Assembly: GCA_942493095.1 (NCBI GenBank)
Contig: OW818675.1
Location: 2,550,001-2,582,000, forward strand
DNA: 32,000 bases
Reading direction: 5' to 3'
Origin: Candidatus Electronema halotolerans
GTDB taxonomy: Bacteria; Desulfobacterota; Desulfobulbia; Desulfobulbales; Desulfobulbaceae
The position numbers were made by a program, and so were the translations under genes. Under the pieces are notes generated by a model. It saw nothing but the letters and a program-made list of their open reading frames with translations. It was not told the origin of the DNA and made no database searches. Numbering within the stretch: the first letter of the stretch is position 1; each line of letters starts with the position of its first letter. This document shows positions 22,919-31,564 of the stretch, in pieces.

Positions 22919-24064
22919 ATGACAGACAACTTGCCGGTTCTGAGCCTGACAGGCCAGAAGAACGAGCTGCTGTGGCGGAGGCTGGCCGAGAAAAGCCCGG
23001 ACAAGCTCAAGGCGGCGCAGGCAATGGTGCGTGACCTTGACTTCAGCCGCGCCCAGTCAGTGCTGGCCTTTGGCGTGAGTAGCCAGAAGGGGCTGGTTGA
23101 TTTCACCGACTCAGTCCTGACCAATGTCCGCTCCGGTGATGCCGGGCCTGCGGGCCAGCTCATGGCTGATTTGAAAGGAAAAATTCTTGATCTTGATGTG
23201 CGCGCCCTGCCCCAGAGCGCGGGCGGCAAACTGAGCCGCTTGGTCGGTGCGCTGCCGGTGATCGGCGGCTGGCTGTCAGCGCAGGTTGATGCGGCCCGCG
23301 CCTTCATCCGCCGCTACGAGACCCTCAAGGTGCAGATTGACGACATCACCAGAAAATTGGAGTCGGAGAAGACGAATCAGATCGCCCATCTCAACCGCTT
23401 GGACACGCTGTATGAGCGCAACGATGAATACTTTGACCAGCTCGAAGTGGTGATTGCCGCAGGTGAGCTGAAGCTGGCCGAGATGGAGGAGCAGTTTGAG
23501 CAGCAGCGGCAGTCCTTGGCCGCTCAGAATGGCGTGGATGCCAAAGACCTGCAAGATTTGAAAGACTTTGGCGACTGCATCCACTCCTTGGACCGGCGGC
23601 TCTACAATCTCAAACTGGCCCGCATGTCGGCACTGACCTCTGGCCCGACCATCCGGGTGGCCCAGCAGGGTTCCAAAGCGATTGTTGAGATGATTCAGGA
23701 TTCGATTCTGATGATGATCCCGGAATGGAAAAAGCAGCTCGTGATCGCCATTGCCCTGTTTGACCAGAAGCGGGCTATGGCAATGGTCAATGAAACCAGA
23801 GAGATGACCAACAGCATGATGCTCTCCACTGCCGAGATGCTCGGCGAAACGCAGCGGGAGGTCAAGAAGGCTCAAGGCGAGGGCTTTGTCAAAGTCGAAA
23901 CCTTGCAGAAGATGACTGACAAACTGATCAACACTATTGATCAGGGCATTAAAATGGATATGGAAAACAAGCAGAAGCGGGCCGAGAGCCTCCAGAAGCT
24001 GTCCGAAGCTGAGGAGAAGCTGAAATCCGCCCTGCAATCTGCCAGCGAATCGGTGCTGGGGTGA
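22919..24064 (+). CDS. telA: TelA-family toxic anion resistance protein.
   Basis: 381 aa, all-helical and coiled-coil rich. It matches the TelA/KlaA/YaaN pattern as I recall it (…AQAMVRDLDFS…VLAFG…, RYETLKVQIDDI…L…L…L). AGGAGG lies 9 nt upstream of the ATG. Confidence 0.8.
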   Translation: MTDNLPVLSLTGQKNELLWRRLAEKSPDKLKAAQAMVRDLDFSRAQSVLAFGVSSQKGLVDFTDSVLTNVRSGDAGPAGQLMADLKGKILDLDVRALPQSAGGKLSRLVGALPVIGGWLSAQVDAARAFIRRYETLKVQIDDITRKLESEKTNQIAHLNRLDTLYERNDEYFDQLEVVIAAGELKLAEMEEQFEQQRQSLAAQNGVDAKDLQDLKDFGDCIHSLDRRLYNLKLARMSALTSGPTIRVAQQGSKAIVEMIQDSILMMIPEWKKQLVIAIALFDQKRAMAMVNETREMTNSMMLSTAEMLGETQREVKKAQGEGFVKVETLQKMTDKLINTIDQGIKMDMENKQKRAESLQKLSEAEEKLKSALQSASESVLG

Positions 24065-25269
24065 AGCCTGCCGCGCTCTCCCTTGCTCAAGCCTGTGCCG
24101 TTCTTGCCGATCACCTCTCCCCGCTGCCGCCGGAGCGCGTCCCGCTGACTAAGGCACTTGGCCGGGTCAGTGCGGCGGCAATTTGTGCCGCCCGCCCCAG
24201 TCCTGCTTTTTCCCAATCCACCAGAGACGGCTTTGCTGTGGCCGCCCAGCCGCTCGCTGTCGATCAGGGTGCGGCTGTCTTTCAGGTCATCGGTGAGATG
24301 GCGGCAGGCTGCGGCGAGCAGAAAGCACTTGCGCCCGGCCAAGCAGTGCGGATCATGACTGGCGCGCTGCTGCCTTCAAATGCAGTGCGGGTTATTCCTT
24401 TTGAAGTCTGTCAGGAGAACGATAAAACAGTGCAGGTGCCGCTGGCCGAATTAGAGAACAGGCAGCTTCACATCCGCTGCCAAGGGCAGGACATTCAGGC
24501 CGGACAGGTGCTGGCTGCGGCTGGTACTCGCCTGCTGCCGGATCATCTGCGCTGGCTGGCGGAAAACGGCTCTGAGGAAATTACGGCGCATCGGCTGCCG
24601 CGAGTCGCAGTCTTATGCACTGGCAGCGAGTTGGTCAGCGCAGGAGAAACGCTCCAGCATGGCCAGAAGATTTCCAGCAACGGGGTTTTGCTGACCGCCC
24701 TGCTGGAAGAACAGCACTGCACCTGCGTCCGCTCTGTCACGGCTGCGGACAAGGCCGAGCCGACTGCCGCCCTGATTTGTGCGATTATTGCGCAAGACCA
24801 GCCTGATCTGCTCATCAGCACCGGCGGCATGGGGCCGGGCAAGTTTGATTTGACCGAACAGGTATTCGCCCGGCTCGGCGGCAAGCTGTTCTGCAACCGC
24901 CTGCGTCTCCGGCCCGGCAAAGCAACCCTGCTGGGAATGCTTGGCAAGCGGCCATTCCTTGGCCTGCCCGGCCCGCCGCCCGCCGTGCGCCTGCTTTTTC
25001 ATGAATTAGTCGCACCAGCCCTGCGCCAATTAGCCGGGGAAGCTGCTTCTGACAGATTGCTTGAGGCGGTGCTTGATCAGCCCTTGCCAGTTCGGCAAAA
25101 AGACAGGGCAGAGCTGGTGTTGAAAGGCGGCAGAGCTTGGCTGGATGCGGCAGGCTGCCTGCGGGTGCGTCCGGCAGCAACGCTGGAGCCGGTCAATGCG
25201 ATCATGCACCTGAGCGGGAACAGATCAGAGCGGGTGCAAGTCCGGCTGGTCGGCCCGCTGGCAGCTTGA
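24061..25269 (+). CDS. moeA: Molybdopterin molybdotransferase MoeA.
   Basis: The N-terminus LSLAQACAVLADHLSPLPPERVPLTKALGRVSAAAI…SPAFSQSTRDGFAV is the MoeA signature. The central MoCF-binding domain has ISTGGMGPGKFD. The GTG start overlaps the telA stop by 4 nt (GTGA). Confidence 0.88.
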   Translation: MKPAALSLAQACAVLADHLSPLPPERVPLTKALGRVSAAAICAARPSPAFSQSTRDGFAVAAQPLAVDQGAAVFQVIGEMAAGCGEQKALAPGQAVRIMTGALLPSNAVRVIPFEVCQENDKTVQVPLAELENRQLHIRCQGQDIQAGQVLAAAGTRLLPDHLRWLAENGSEEITAHRLPRVAVLCTGSELVSAGETLQHGQKISSNGVLLTALLEEQHCTCVRSVTAADKAEPTAALICAIIAQDQPDLLISTGGMGPGKFDLTEQVFARLGGKLFCNRLRLRPGKATLLGMLGKRPFLGLPGPPPAVRLLFHELVAPALRQLAGEAASDRLLEAVLDQPLPVRQKDRAELVLKGGRAWLDAAGCLRVRPAATLEPVNAIMHLSGNRSERVQVRLVGPLAA

Positions 25270-26082
25270 GCAGAAAAAGGTTGCCCGTCCGCCAAGCTGT
25301 TCTTTGCAGATATTCTCTCCGCAGACCGGGCAAGGCTGACCCTGCCTGCCATAGACTGCCAATTGCAGTTGAAAATGGCCCGGCTCGCCGCTGGAGCCAA
25401 GAAAATCGCTGACCGTTGAACCGCCTGCGGCAATGGCCCGCTGGAGGATGGCAACAGCGCAGTCGGCAATGCGCTGCCAGTCTGCCAAGCTCAGGCAGCC
25501 TGCCGGACACTGCGGGTGAATCTTGGCGGCAAACAGAGTCTCGTTGGCGTAAATGTTGCCGATGCCGCTGATTTGCCGCGCATTCATGAGCAAGGTTTTG
25601 ATTGGCTGCCTGCGCCCTTGCGCCAGCCGGGCCAGATTGGCGGCAGTGAAATCCGGGCTGAATGGCTCCAGCCCCTGACTGTTGTTGAACGCCTCCTCCA
25701 GCCTCGCCGCCTCCTCGCCCGGCCAGACCATGACACTGCCAAAGCGGCGGGCATCGTTGAAGCGCAGCTCCAAGCCGCTGTCCAATGCCAAGCCGAGATG
25801 GTCATGCGCTGCCCGCGCTGCTGCCTTGGCAAACAGGCCCAGCTTGCCAGTCATGCCGAGATGCACGACCAGCACGCTGGCGTTGTCCATGCGGATGAGC
25901 AAATATTTTGCCCGCCGATCAAGGACAGTGACTGTGCTGCCGCAGATGCACTCTTCCAGCAATTTCAATGGCACGGGCAGCCGGAGCCTCTTGCCGGAGC
26001 AAAACACAGCCGTGATCTTCCGGCCCGGCAGATGCAGCAGCAGCCCTAAACGGGTGACTTCAACTTCCGGCAGTTCAGGCAT
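25225..26082 (-). CDS. mutM: Formamidopyrimidine-DNA glycosylase (Fpg/MutM).
   Basis: MPELPEVE is the catalytic N-terminal Pro context, so I use the start at 26082 rather than 26088. The C-terminal zinc finger is CPVCG…CSSCQ. The 3' end overlaps the convergent moeA 3' end by 45 bp. Confidence 0.92.
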   Translation of the reverse strand: MPELPEVEVTRLGLLLHLPGRKITAVFCSGKRLRLPVPLKLLEECICGSTVTVLDRRAKYLLIRMDNASVLVVHLGMTGKLGLFAKAAARAAHDHLGLALDSGLELRFNDARRFGSVMVWPGEEAARLEEAFNNSQGLEPFSPDFTAANLARLAQGRRQPIKTLLMNARQISGIGNIYANETLFAAKIHPQCPAGCLSLADWQRIADCAVAILQRAIAAGGSTVSDFLGSSGEPGHFQLQLAVYGRQGQPCPVCGENICKEQLGGRATFFCSSCQRADQPDLHPL

Positions 26083-26166
26083 GGGCAATGGTGAATTGAA
26101 ACAGCGGCATGTTGGCCGTTATTTTTCAAAAAAGTCCGAGAGGCCCGACAAGCGCCCTGAGCGCAG

Positions 26167-26943
26167 TCAGGCCAGCCCGTACTTGTCGGCATAGCCTCTT
26201 GGCGTGATCATTTTGTCTTGAAAGACAAAAGTGCGGCTGTTGCCAATAATTACAGTGCTCTGCATGCCGATATCCGCTTCCAGCATCCGCGCCAGATCAG
26301 TGAGGCAAACGCTTTCATGACTGCGAGTTGCCCCGGAGACGATGCCGACAGGGGTTGTCTCCGAGCGGTGCTCCAAGAGAATTTTTCTGGCCCGGACAAT
26401 CTGATTTTTGCGCCTGCCAGACTTGGGATTGTAGAGGGCAATGACAAAGTCCGCTGCTGCCGCTGCCTGCAGGCGTTTTTCAATCAGCTCCCACGGAGTC
26501 ATCAGATCAGAAAGGCTGACAGCGGCAAAATCGTGCATCAGCGGCGCGCCCAGCACTGCTGCGCAGGCATTGAGGGCGGCAATGCCGGGAATGATTTCAA
26601 TCCGGCAGGTGCTGCCCTGCTCCTGCGCCAGTTCATAGACCAGCCCGGCCATCGCATAAATGCCTGGATCACCGCCGCAAATCAGGGCCACCTTTCTGCC
26701 GCTTTCTGCCAAGGCCAAGGCGCGGCGGCAGCGGTCAATCTCCTGCATCATGGCTGAGGAGAGCACCTCCTGTTCCGGGCGGAGCAGCTCTGTGATCAGG
26801 TCAAGATAGGTGCGGTAGCCCGCGACAACCTCGGCCTGATCAATGGCAACGCGGGCGCGGGGCGTGATCAGGTCTGCCGCCCCAGGGCCGGTGCCGACCA
26901 CTGTGAGCAGACCGGCTCTGGAATTGTCTGGAGTATTCATCAA
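26167..26943 (-). CDS. cbiH: Precorrin-3B / cobalt-precorrin-3B C17-methyltransferase (CobJ/CbiH), a tetrapyrrole methylase.
   Basis: LLTVVGTGPGAADLITPRA…AEVVAGYRTYLDLI…GGDPGIYAMAG are class III SAM-methyltransferase motifs with the CobJ/CbiH GYxxY context. I cannot tell the aerobic from the anaerobic variant. Confidence 0.75.
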   Translation of the reverse strand: MMNTPDNSRAGLLTVVGTGPGAADLITPRARVAIDQAEVVAGYRTYLDLITELLRPEQEVLSSAMMQEIDRCRRALALAESGRKVALICGGDPGIYAMAGLVYELAQEQGSTCRIEIIPGIAALNACAAVLGAPLMHDFAAVSLSDLMTPWELIEKRLQAAAAADFVIALYNPKSGRRKNQIVRARKILLEHRSETTPVGIVSGATRSHESVCLTDLARMLEADIGMQSTVIIGNSRTFVFQDKMITPRGYADKYGLA

Positions 26944-26973
26944 ACTGTTTTAGAAGGCAAAAAGACTGACAGG

Positions 26974-27588
26974 TTATGCGCCAGCCTCTTTTTTCTTGTC
27001 ATAGAGGAGCAGAAAGACAAGCAGGCCGATGAACAGCCCGACATGGATGAAGAGGAGAAACACCGCCGTCTGCATGGAAGTGGCCAACTCCACAATCTTG
27101 ATTTTCAGCTTGTTGACAGCGCGAAAGTTTTCCCGATGCTTGTCCTTGTCATCTTGGCTGGGCGAATACAGGGTGTAGGAATCAGCCTCGGTTTTGTACG
27201 GCAGAGCAATACGGTGCCGCTGGTAGAAAAACTGAGCTGCCAGTTTCCTTTTGCTGACGCTGGCCCCTGTTTCCACGTATTCGGCATAAATGGGCTGCAT
27301 TGCTTTGTTCAACGCATCAGCCGTCTCCTGCTGGGCAGCATAGTTGCCTTGTGCCGCAACTGTGAGCAAGGCTGCATTGACGAACAAGATGCCGACAAGC
27401 AGCACGGCAGGCAGTTTTTTCTCCTTAATCTGCCAGAAACTGACCGGCAGCAGCACTGAGAGGATGAATACTGCGGGTAGCTGGACCGCATCCTGCTTGA
27501 AGGTTCCGGGCAGCAGCCAGCTGCCGAGCAGAAACAGTGCCCATAACAGGGCGGTGATGACAGGCATTTTGTTCATCATGATATCCAA
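26974..27588 (-). CDS. Hypothetical membrane protein with 3 N-terminal TM helices, a soluble segment of about 85 aa and a C-terminal TM helix.
   Basis: This is the only long ORF here, and its hydrophobic segments are plausible. The start is ambiguous (Met at 27588, 27579, 27576 or 27567); the first options overlap the vapC stop. No recognisable motif. Confidence 0.55.
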   Translation of the reverse strand: MDIMMNKMPVITALLWALFLLGSWLLPGTFKQDAVQLPAVFILSVLLPVSFWQIKEKKLPAVLLVGILFVNAALLTVAAQGNYAAQQETADALNKAMQPIYAEYVETGASVSKRKLAAQFFYQRHRIALPYKTEADSYTLYSPSQDDKDKHRENFRAVNKLKIKIVELATSMQTAVFLLFIHVGLFIGLLVFLLLYDKKKEAGA

Positions 27589-27977
27589 TTTGTTGTCCGC
27601 AAGCCTTCCACTCTTGCAAACTCGCGCAGATTATTGGTGACCAAGGTCAGCCCTTCACTTCGGGCATGTCCGGCAATATGCAAGTCATTGACCCCGATGG
27701 TTGTTCCTTTCCGTTCCAGATCAGCTCGAATCTCCCCATAATGAACAGCAGCTTTTCTGCCGTACTCTAGCACTTCCAGTCGGGAAACAAAATCCTCAAC
27801 CTGCTGCAAATTATGCTCTGGCTTGGCACTTTTTTCGGCTCCATGCAGAAGTTCGGCAAACGTTATCGAACTGACGCACATTTGGCCAGCATGACGATTG
27901 AAAAGTGCCAGCACAGCAATGGGGCGGCGTTTAATGACATAGATGGCGATATTGGTGTCCAGCATGTATTTCAGCAT
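27576..27977 (-). CDS. vapC: Type II toxin VapC (PIN-domain ribonuclease).
   Basis: MLKYMLDTNIAIYVIK… carries the PIN acidic residue context. The protein is 133 aa and sits immediately downstream of an AbrB/SpoVT-type antitoxin with a 1-nt overlap (TGATG). Confidence 0.9.
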   Translation of the reverse strand: MLKYMLDTNIAIYVIKRRPIAVLALFNRHAGQMCVSSITFAELLHGAEKSAKPEHNLQQVEDFVSRLEVLEYGRKAAVHYGEIRADLERKGTTIGVNDLHIAGHARSEGLTLVTNNLREFARVEGLRTTNWIS

Positions 27978-28210
27978 CAGAACGCTTCCCGTTCCTGCTG
28001 TTCCTGACCAGCCCGCTCCCTCATGAAATCATCAGTGACCCGCTCCTCAGAGAGAAAAAAACTGTCCCAAGTATTTTCCAGCGGCGACAAAATGCGCTCT
28101 TGCCCCTGCACCCGAACAGCAACTTTTTTTACATGGTCAGGAAAACGGACTTTCGCAGGCAGGCGCACAGCCTGCGTCTGATTGTTGTTAAAAATTGAGC
28201 CAGTGTGCAT
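27977..28210 (-). CDS. vapB: Type II antitoxin VapB (SpoVT/AbrB-like DNA-binding domain).
   Basis: The start at 28210 (MHTGSIFNNNQTQAVRLPAKVRFP…) has AGGAG upstream, and the protein is 77 aa. The track's longer start at 28273 is unlikely. Confidence 0.85.
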   Translation of the reverse strand: MHTGSIFNNNQTQAVRLPAKVRFPDHVKKVAVRVQGQERILSPLENTWDSFFLSEERVTDDFMRERAGQEQQEREAF

Positions 28211-28235
28211 AGCATTCTCCTGTGGTTCAGTTTCT

Positions 28236-28258
28236 GGTATATACGAACAGTATATACC
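28236..28258. promoter_or_regulatory. Palindromic candidate VapB(C) operator overlapping the vapBC promoter.
   Basis: GGTATATAC (28236-28244), gaaca, then GTATATACC (28250-28258): perfect 9-bp arms. It lies 26 nt upstream of the vapB ATG and contains TATA-rich -10-like hexamers. Confidence 0.55.
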
Positions 28259-28320
28259 AAATCGAACACCCATGCAACCTGAACGATCTTCAACAATTCA
28301 GCAGAAGAGCGGCAAGCGCA

Positions 28321-29613
28321 TCAATCTTTCTCCAGCTCCCGTGCCATCCGCATTCCTTCTGCCACATCCACCCGCCAGAGCAATGCGCCGCCAGCTATGA
28401 ACAGGATGACTAACGAGAGAATGCCGGTGCGGGAATCGCCGGAGATGATCCCGACCAAGCCCATCAGCAGCGGCCCGATGACAGCGGCAAATTTGCCGAG
28501 CATGTTGTAGAAGCCGAAAAATTCGGCAGATTTATTATGAGGAATAATGCGGGAATACAGCGAGCGGCTCAAGGATTGGACTCCGCCTTGGATCAGGCCG
28601 ATGCCGACCGCAAGAATGTAAAATTCCCGCTGTTCGCGCATGAAATAGGCCCAGACCGTGATCAGAACATAGATGCCGATGCCGATCAGAATGCCGGTTT
28701 TGGCTCCCAATTTTTCGCCGATTTTGCCAAAAGCAATGGCGGCTGGGAAGCCGACAAACTGGGTGATCAGCAGGGCCGTCATCAGCCCTTTTGTCTCAAA
28801 GCCGATTGCCAGCCCGTAATCAACGGCCATGCGGACGATGGTGTCCAAGGCATCAATGTAGAGCCAGTAACCGAGCAGAAAGACAAAGACTATTTTTAAT
28901 CTGCGAATTTCGGCAAAGGTCTGGGCAAGCTGCTGAAAACCGTCGGTGACAGTCTTCAGACTGAGCCGCTCCTGCTGACCCTGCCGAGGTTCATTAACAA
29001 AAAGGAGGATCGGCAGGGAAAAAATGGCCCACCAGAGAGCGACCGTGATATATGACCAGCGCACGGCTTCAGCGGCATCAGCAAGGCCGAAAAACTCTGG
29101 TTTCAAGGTCATGAAAACATTGAGAGCAAAAAGAAGTCCGCCGCCCAAATAGCCGAGGGAAAAACCAAGTGCTGAGACAAAATCCACTTTTTTCGGCCCG
29201 GCAACTGAGACTAAGAGTGCGTCATAAAATACGTTGGCACCAGAAAAACCAATGGTGCCGAAAACGTACATGCAAGCGGCGGTCAGCCAGTCGCCCTTGC
29301 TGACAAAATACAGGCTGCCGGTCATCAGGATGCCGAGAAAGGCGAAAAAGCAAAGAAAGCGTTTTTTCGCGCTGCCCCGGTCAGCGATTGCGCCAAGAAT
29401 CGGTGCGGCAGCGACAATGACCAAGCTGGCAATGGAGTTGGCCGCGCCAAGCCGGAAGGTGCTTTCCACTGCCGGGCTGCCTGCGCTCCAATATTGTTTG
29501 AAAAAGACAGGAAAAAATCCGGCCATCACGGTGGTGGCAAAGGCGGAGTTGCCCCAGTCGTACATAGCCCAGGAAATGACTTTTTTGGTGTCGTGAACAG
29601 GCGGCTGTTTCAT
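28321..29613 (-). CDS. MFS transporter of the UMF1 (Atg22-like) family.
   Basis: 430 aa with about 12 TM helices. The N-terminal WAMYDWGNSAF motif is typical of the UMF1 family. Confidence 0.8.
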   Translation of the reverse strand: MKQPPVHDTKKVISWAMYDWGNSAFATTVMAGFFPVFFKQYWSAGSPAVESTFRLGAANSIASLVIVAAAPILGAIADRGSAKKRFLCFFAFLGILMTGSLYFVSKGDWLTAACMYVFGTIGFSGANVFYDALLVSVAGPKKVDFVSALGFSLGYLGGGLLFALNVFMTLKPEFFGLADAAEAVRWSYITVALWWAIFSLPILLFVNEPRQGQQERLSLKTVTDGFQQLAQTFAEIRRLKIVFVFLLGYWLYIDALDTIVRMAVDYGLAIGFETKGLMTALLITQFVGFPAAIAFGKIGEKLGAKTGILIGIGIYVLITVWAYFMREQREFYILAVGIGLIQGGVQSLSRSLYSRIIPHNKSAEFFGFYNMLGKFAAVIGPLLMGLVGIISGDSRTGILSLVILFIAGGALLWRVDVAEGMRMARELEKD

Positions 29614-29623
29614 GGCTATTTCC

Positions 29624-30997
29624 TCAAATCTCTTGATTTTTCACCAGCAATTCCACACACCGCATAAATTCCCGCCCTCGGTGCTCATAGTTGTCAAACA
29701 TGTCAAAGCTGGCGCAGGCCGGAGCGAGCAGGACAGTGTCGTCCGGCTGGGCTGCGGCAAAACTGATGCGCACAGCTTCGTCCATACTTTCGGCAAACTG
29801 ATGTTTGATTCCAGCAGCCTGCGCTGCGTCGGCCAGCTCCGGGCCAGCTTCGCCAATCAACACTGCCTGCCGGACATGCTGCTGCAAGGCTGGAACCAGC
29901 TCGCTGAAATCGCCGCCCTTGTTTCGACCACCCGCAATCAGAATCACATCTTTATGAAAGCCAGCCAAGGCGGCCTGCACTGCGCCGATATTGGTTGCCT
30001 TGGAATCATTGATGAAATGAACTTCGTTAATTTCCCCAGCAGGAGTCATCCGATGCAAAGGCGGCTGATACTCGGCCAGCCCGGCCCGGATGCCCTCAAT
30101 TGAGCAGCCAAAGGCCCGCGCCGCCAGCACTGCCGCTGCCGCATTATAAACATTGACTAAGGAACTGAGGCGGGTGCCAGCCAGCTCGTAGATTTCCGCT
30201 GCGCCGTCCGGGGCAAAGCCCGGCTCCAGCCGCACCTGCTGGCCTTCGACCTTGGCCCGGCTGCCGAGCTGCGTGCCAAAACCAAGCACTTGACCTGCGC
30301 CCGGCACGGTTCTGGCCATAACTTCAGGATCATCCATGCCGATGATGGCTGTGTCACCCGGTTTTTGCTGAGAAAAGAGATTGAGCTTGGCTGCCGCATA
30401 GTTGGTAAAGCTGCCGTGGCGGTCGATGTGGTCGGGAGAGAGATTGAGCAGCAGGCCGATCTCAGGGCGAAAACTGCCTGCTGCGTCAAGCTGAAAACTG
30501 GACAGCTCCAGCACGGCTGCTTCCGCTGCGCTTGGTTCCGTGAGAAAATCCAAAACTGGAGTGCCGATATTGCCGCCGACAAAGACCTTTTTGCCAGAAC
30601 TGCGCAAAAGCTGGCCGAGCAGACTGGTGACAGTGGTTTTGCCATTCGAGCCAGTCACAGCAAGCACTGGCACGGGAATGCGTCCGGCAGCCAAGGCCAG
30701 CTCGCCGAGCACCGGCACTCCTCGGCTGCGGGCGGCGGTCAGCACGGGCAAATCCAGCGGCACCCCTGGACTGACCACGATCAGGTCCGCAGCCGCGAAA
30801 AAAGCTGCTGTGTGGCCGCCGGTCTCCAGCTCTGCCCCGCACTGATCAAGCACAGCCTGTTCTGCCGCAAAAATCTGCGGGCGGTGTTCAGAAACCGCGA
30901 CCCGCAGCTTCTGCTGGTGCAAATAGCGCACTGCTGCCAGCCCGGATTTGCCCAGTCCGACCACAACCGCTTTCATGCCCGCCTGCAAGACAATCAT
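29624..30997 (-). CDS. murD: UDP-N-acetylmuramoyl-L-alanine--D-glutamate ligase MurD.
   Basis: The N-terminal Rossmann motif VVGLGKSG, the Mur ligase P-loop VTGSNGKTT and DRHG are present, and the overall length fits. The start is uncertain (30997 or 30976); the track's 31039 would overlap the PilZ gene. Confidence 0.9.
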   Translation of the reverse strand: MIVLQAGMKAVVVGLGKSGLAAVRYLHQQKLRVAVSEHRPQIFAAEQAVLDQCGAELETGGHTAAFFAAADLIVVSPGVPLDLPVLTAARSRGVPVLGELALAAGRIPVPVLAVTGSNGKTTVTSLLGQLLRSSGKKVFVGGNIGTPVLDFLTEPSAAEAAVLELSSFQLDAAGSFRPEIGLLLNLSPDHIDRHGSFTNYAAAKLNLFSQQKPGDTAIIGMDDPEVMARTVPGAGQVLGFGTQLGSRAKVEGQQVRLEPGFAPDGAAEIYELAGTRLSSLVNVYNAAAAVLAARAFGCSIEGIRAGLAEYQPPLHRMTPAGEINEVHFINDSKATNIGAVQAALAGFHKDVILIAGGRNKGGDFSELVPALQQHVRQAVLIGEAGPELADAAQAAGIKHQFAESMDEAVRISFAAAQPDDTVLLAPACASFDMFDNYEHRGREFMRCVELLVKNQEI

Positions 30998-31028
30998 TTC
31001 TTTTTCCGCAGAGCGGACATTCGGTCTG

Positions 31029-31394
31029 TCAATCTGCAATTGCTATATATTCCACCGGTTCATCGCCCAGCACCAAGGAATCGCTGGTTTCAGCAAGGAG
31101 CATGTTCTGGAGAAAGAGCAGGCTGTCAATGGTCATGGCCGTAAATTTCAAGGCTATGCCCTGCTCGCTGACCCTAATCACCGTCCCTTGCGCGGTTATT
31201 TCTGTATTGCCCTGCGGCTGCTTCAGCCGGATCAGACAAGTGTCTCCGGGCTTCTGGGCAACGCAGCCATTGACAAAAATGCCGCCAAGACTGAGATTGC
31301 TGACAGCGTGCGCGCTGCTCTTGGTGTCGAAATCAAGAAAGACCTCCTGCTGCATGTCCACCCGGATGAAATGACGACGGTCTCTGCTCTTCAT
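31029..31394 (-). CDS. PilZ-domain c-di-GMP binding protein (about 121 aa).
   Basis: RDRRHFIR (RxxxR) and NLSLGGIFV (D/NxSxxG) are the PilZ motifs. CAGGAG lies 6 nt upstream of the ATG at 31394, which I prefer over the track start at 31451. Confidence 0.8.
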   Translation of the reverse strand: MKSRDRRHFIRVDMQQEVFLDFDTKSSAHAVSNLSLGGIFVNGCVAQKPGDTCLIRLKQPQGNTEITAQGTVIRVSEQGIALKFTAMTIDSLLFLQNMLLAETSDSLVLGDEPVEYIAIAD

Positions 31395-31564
31395 GCGCGG
31401 CTCCTGAAAGAAAAAACGTTGAAACAGGGTACTGGCCTTGCGTGAATCCATGCAACAATAATGCCGTTCCCCTGAAAAGGAAGGGCCGTTCTATCATCAT
31501 CAATTTTTTCATCCCATTCTGAGCAGCACCCATTGACAGGCTCAAGGTGCTGGCAGGGACAGGG

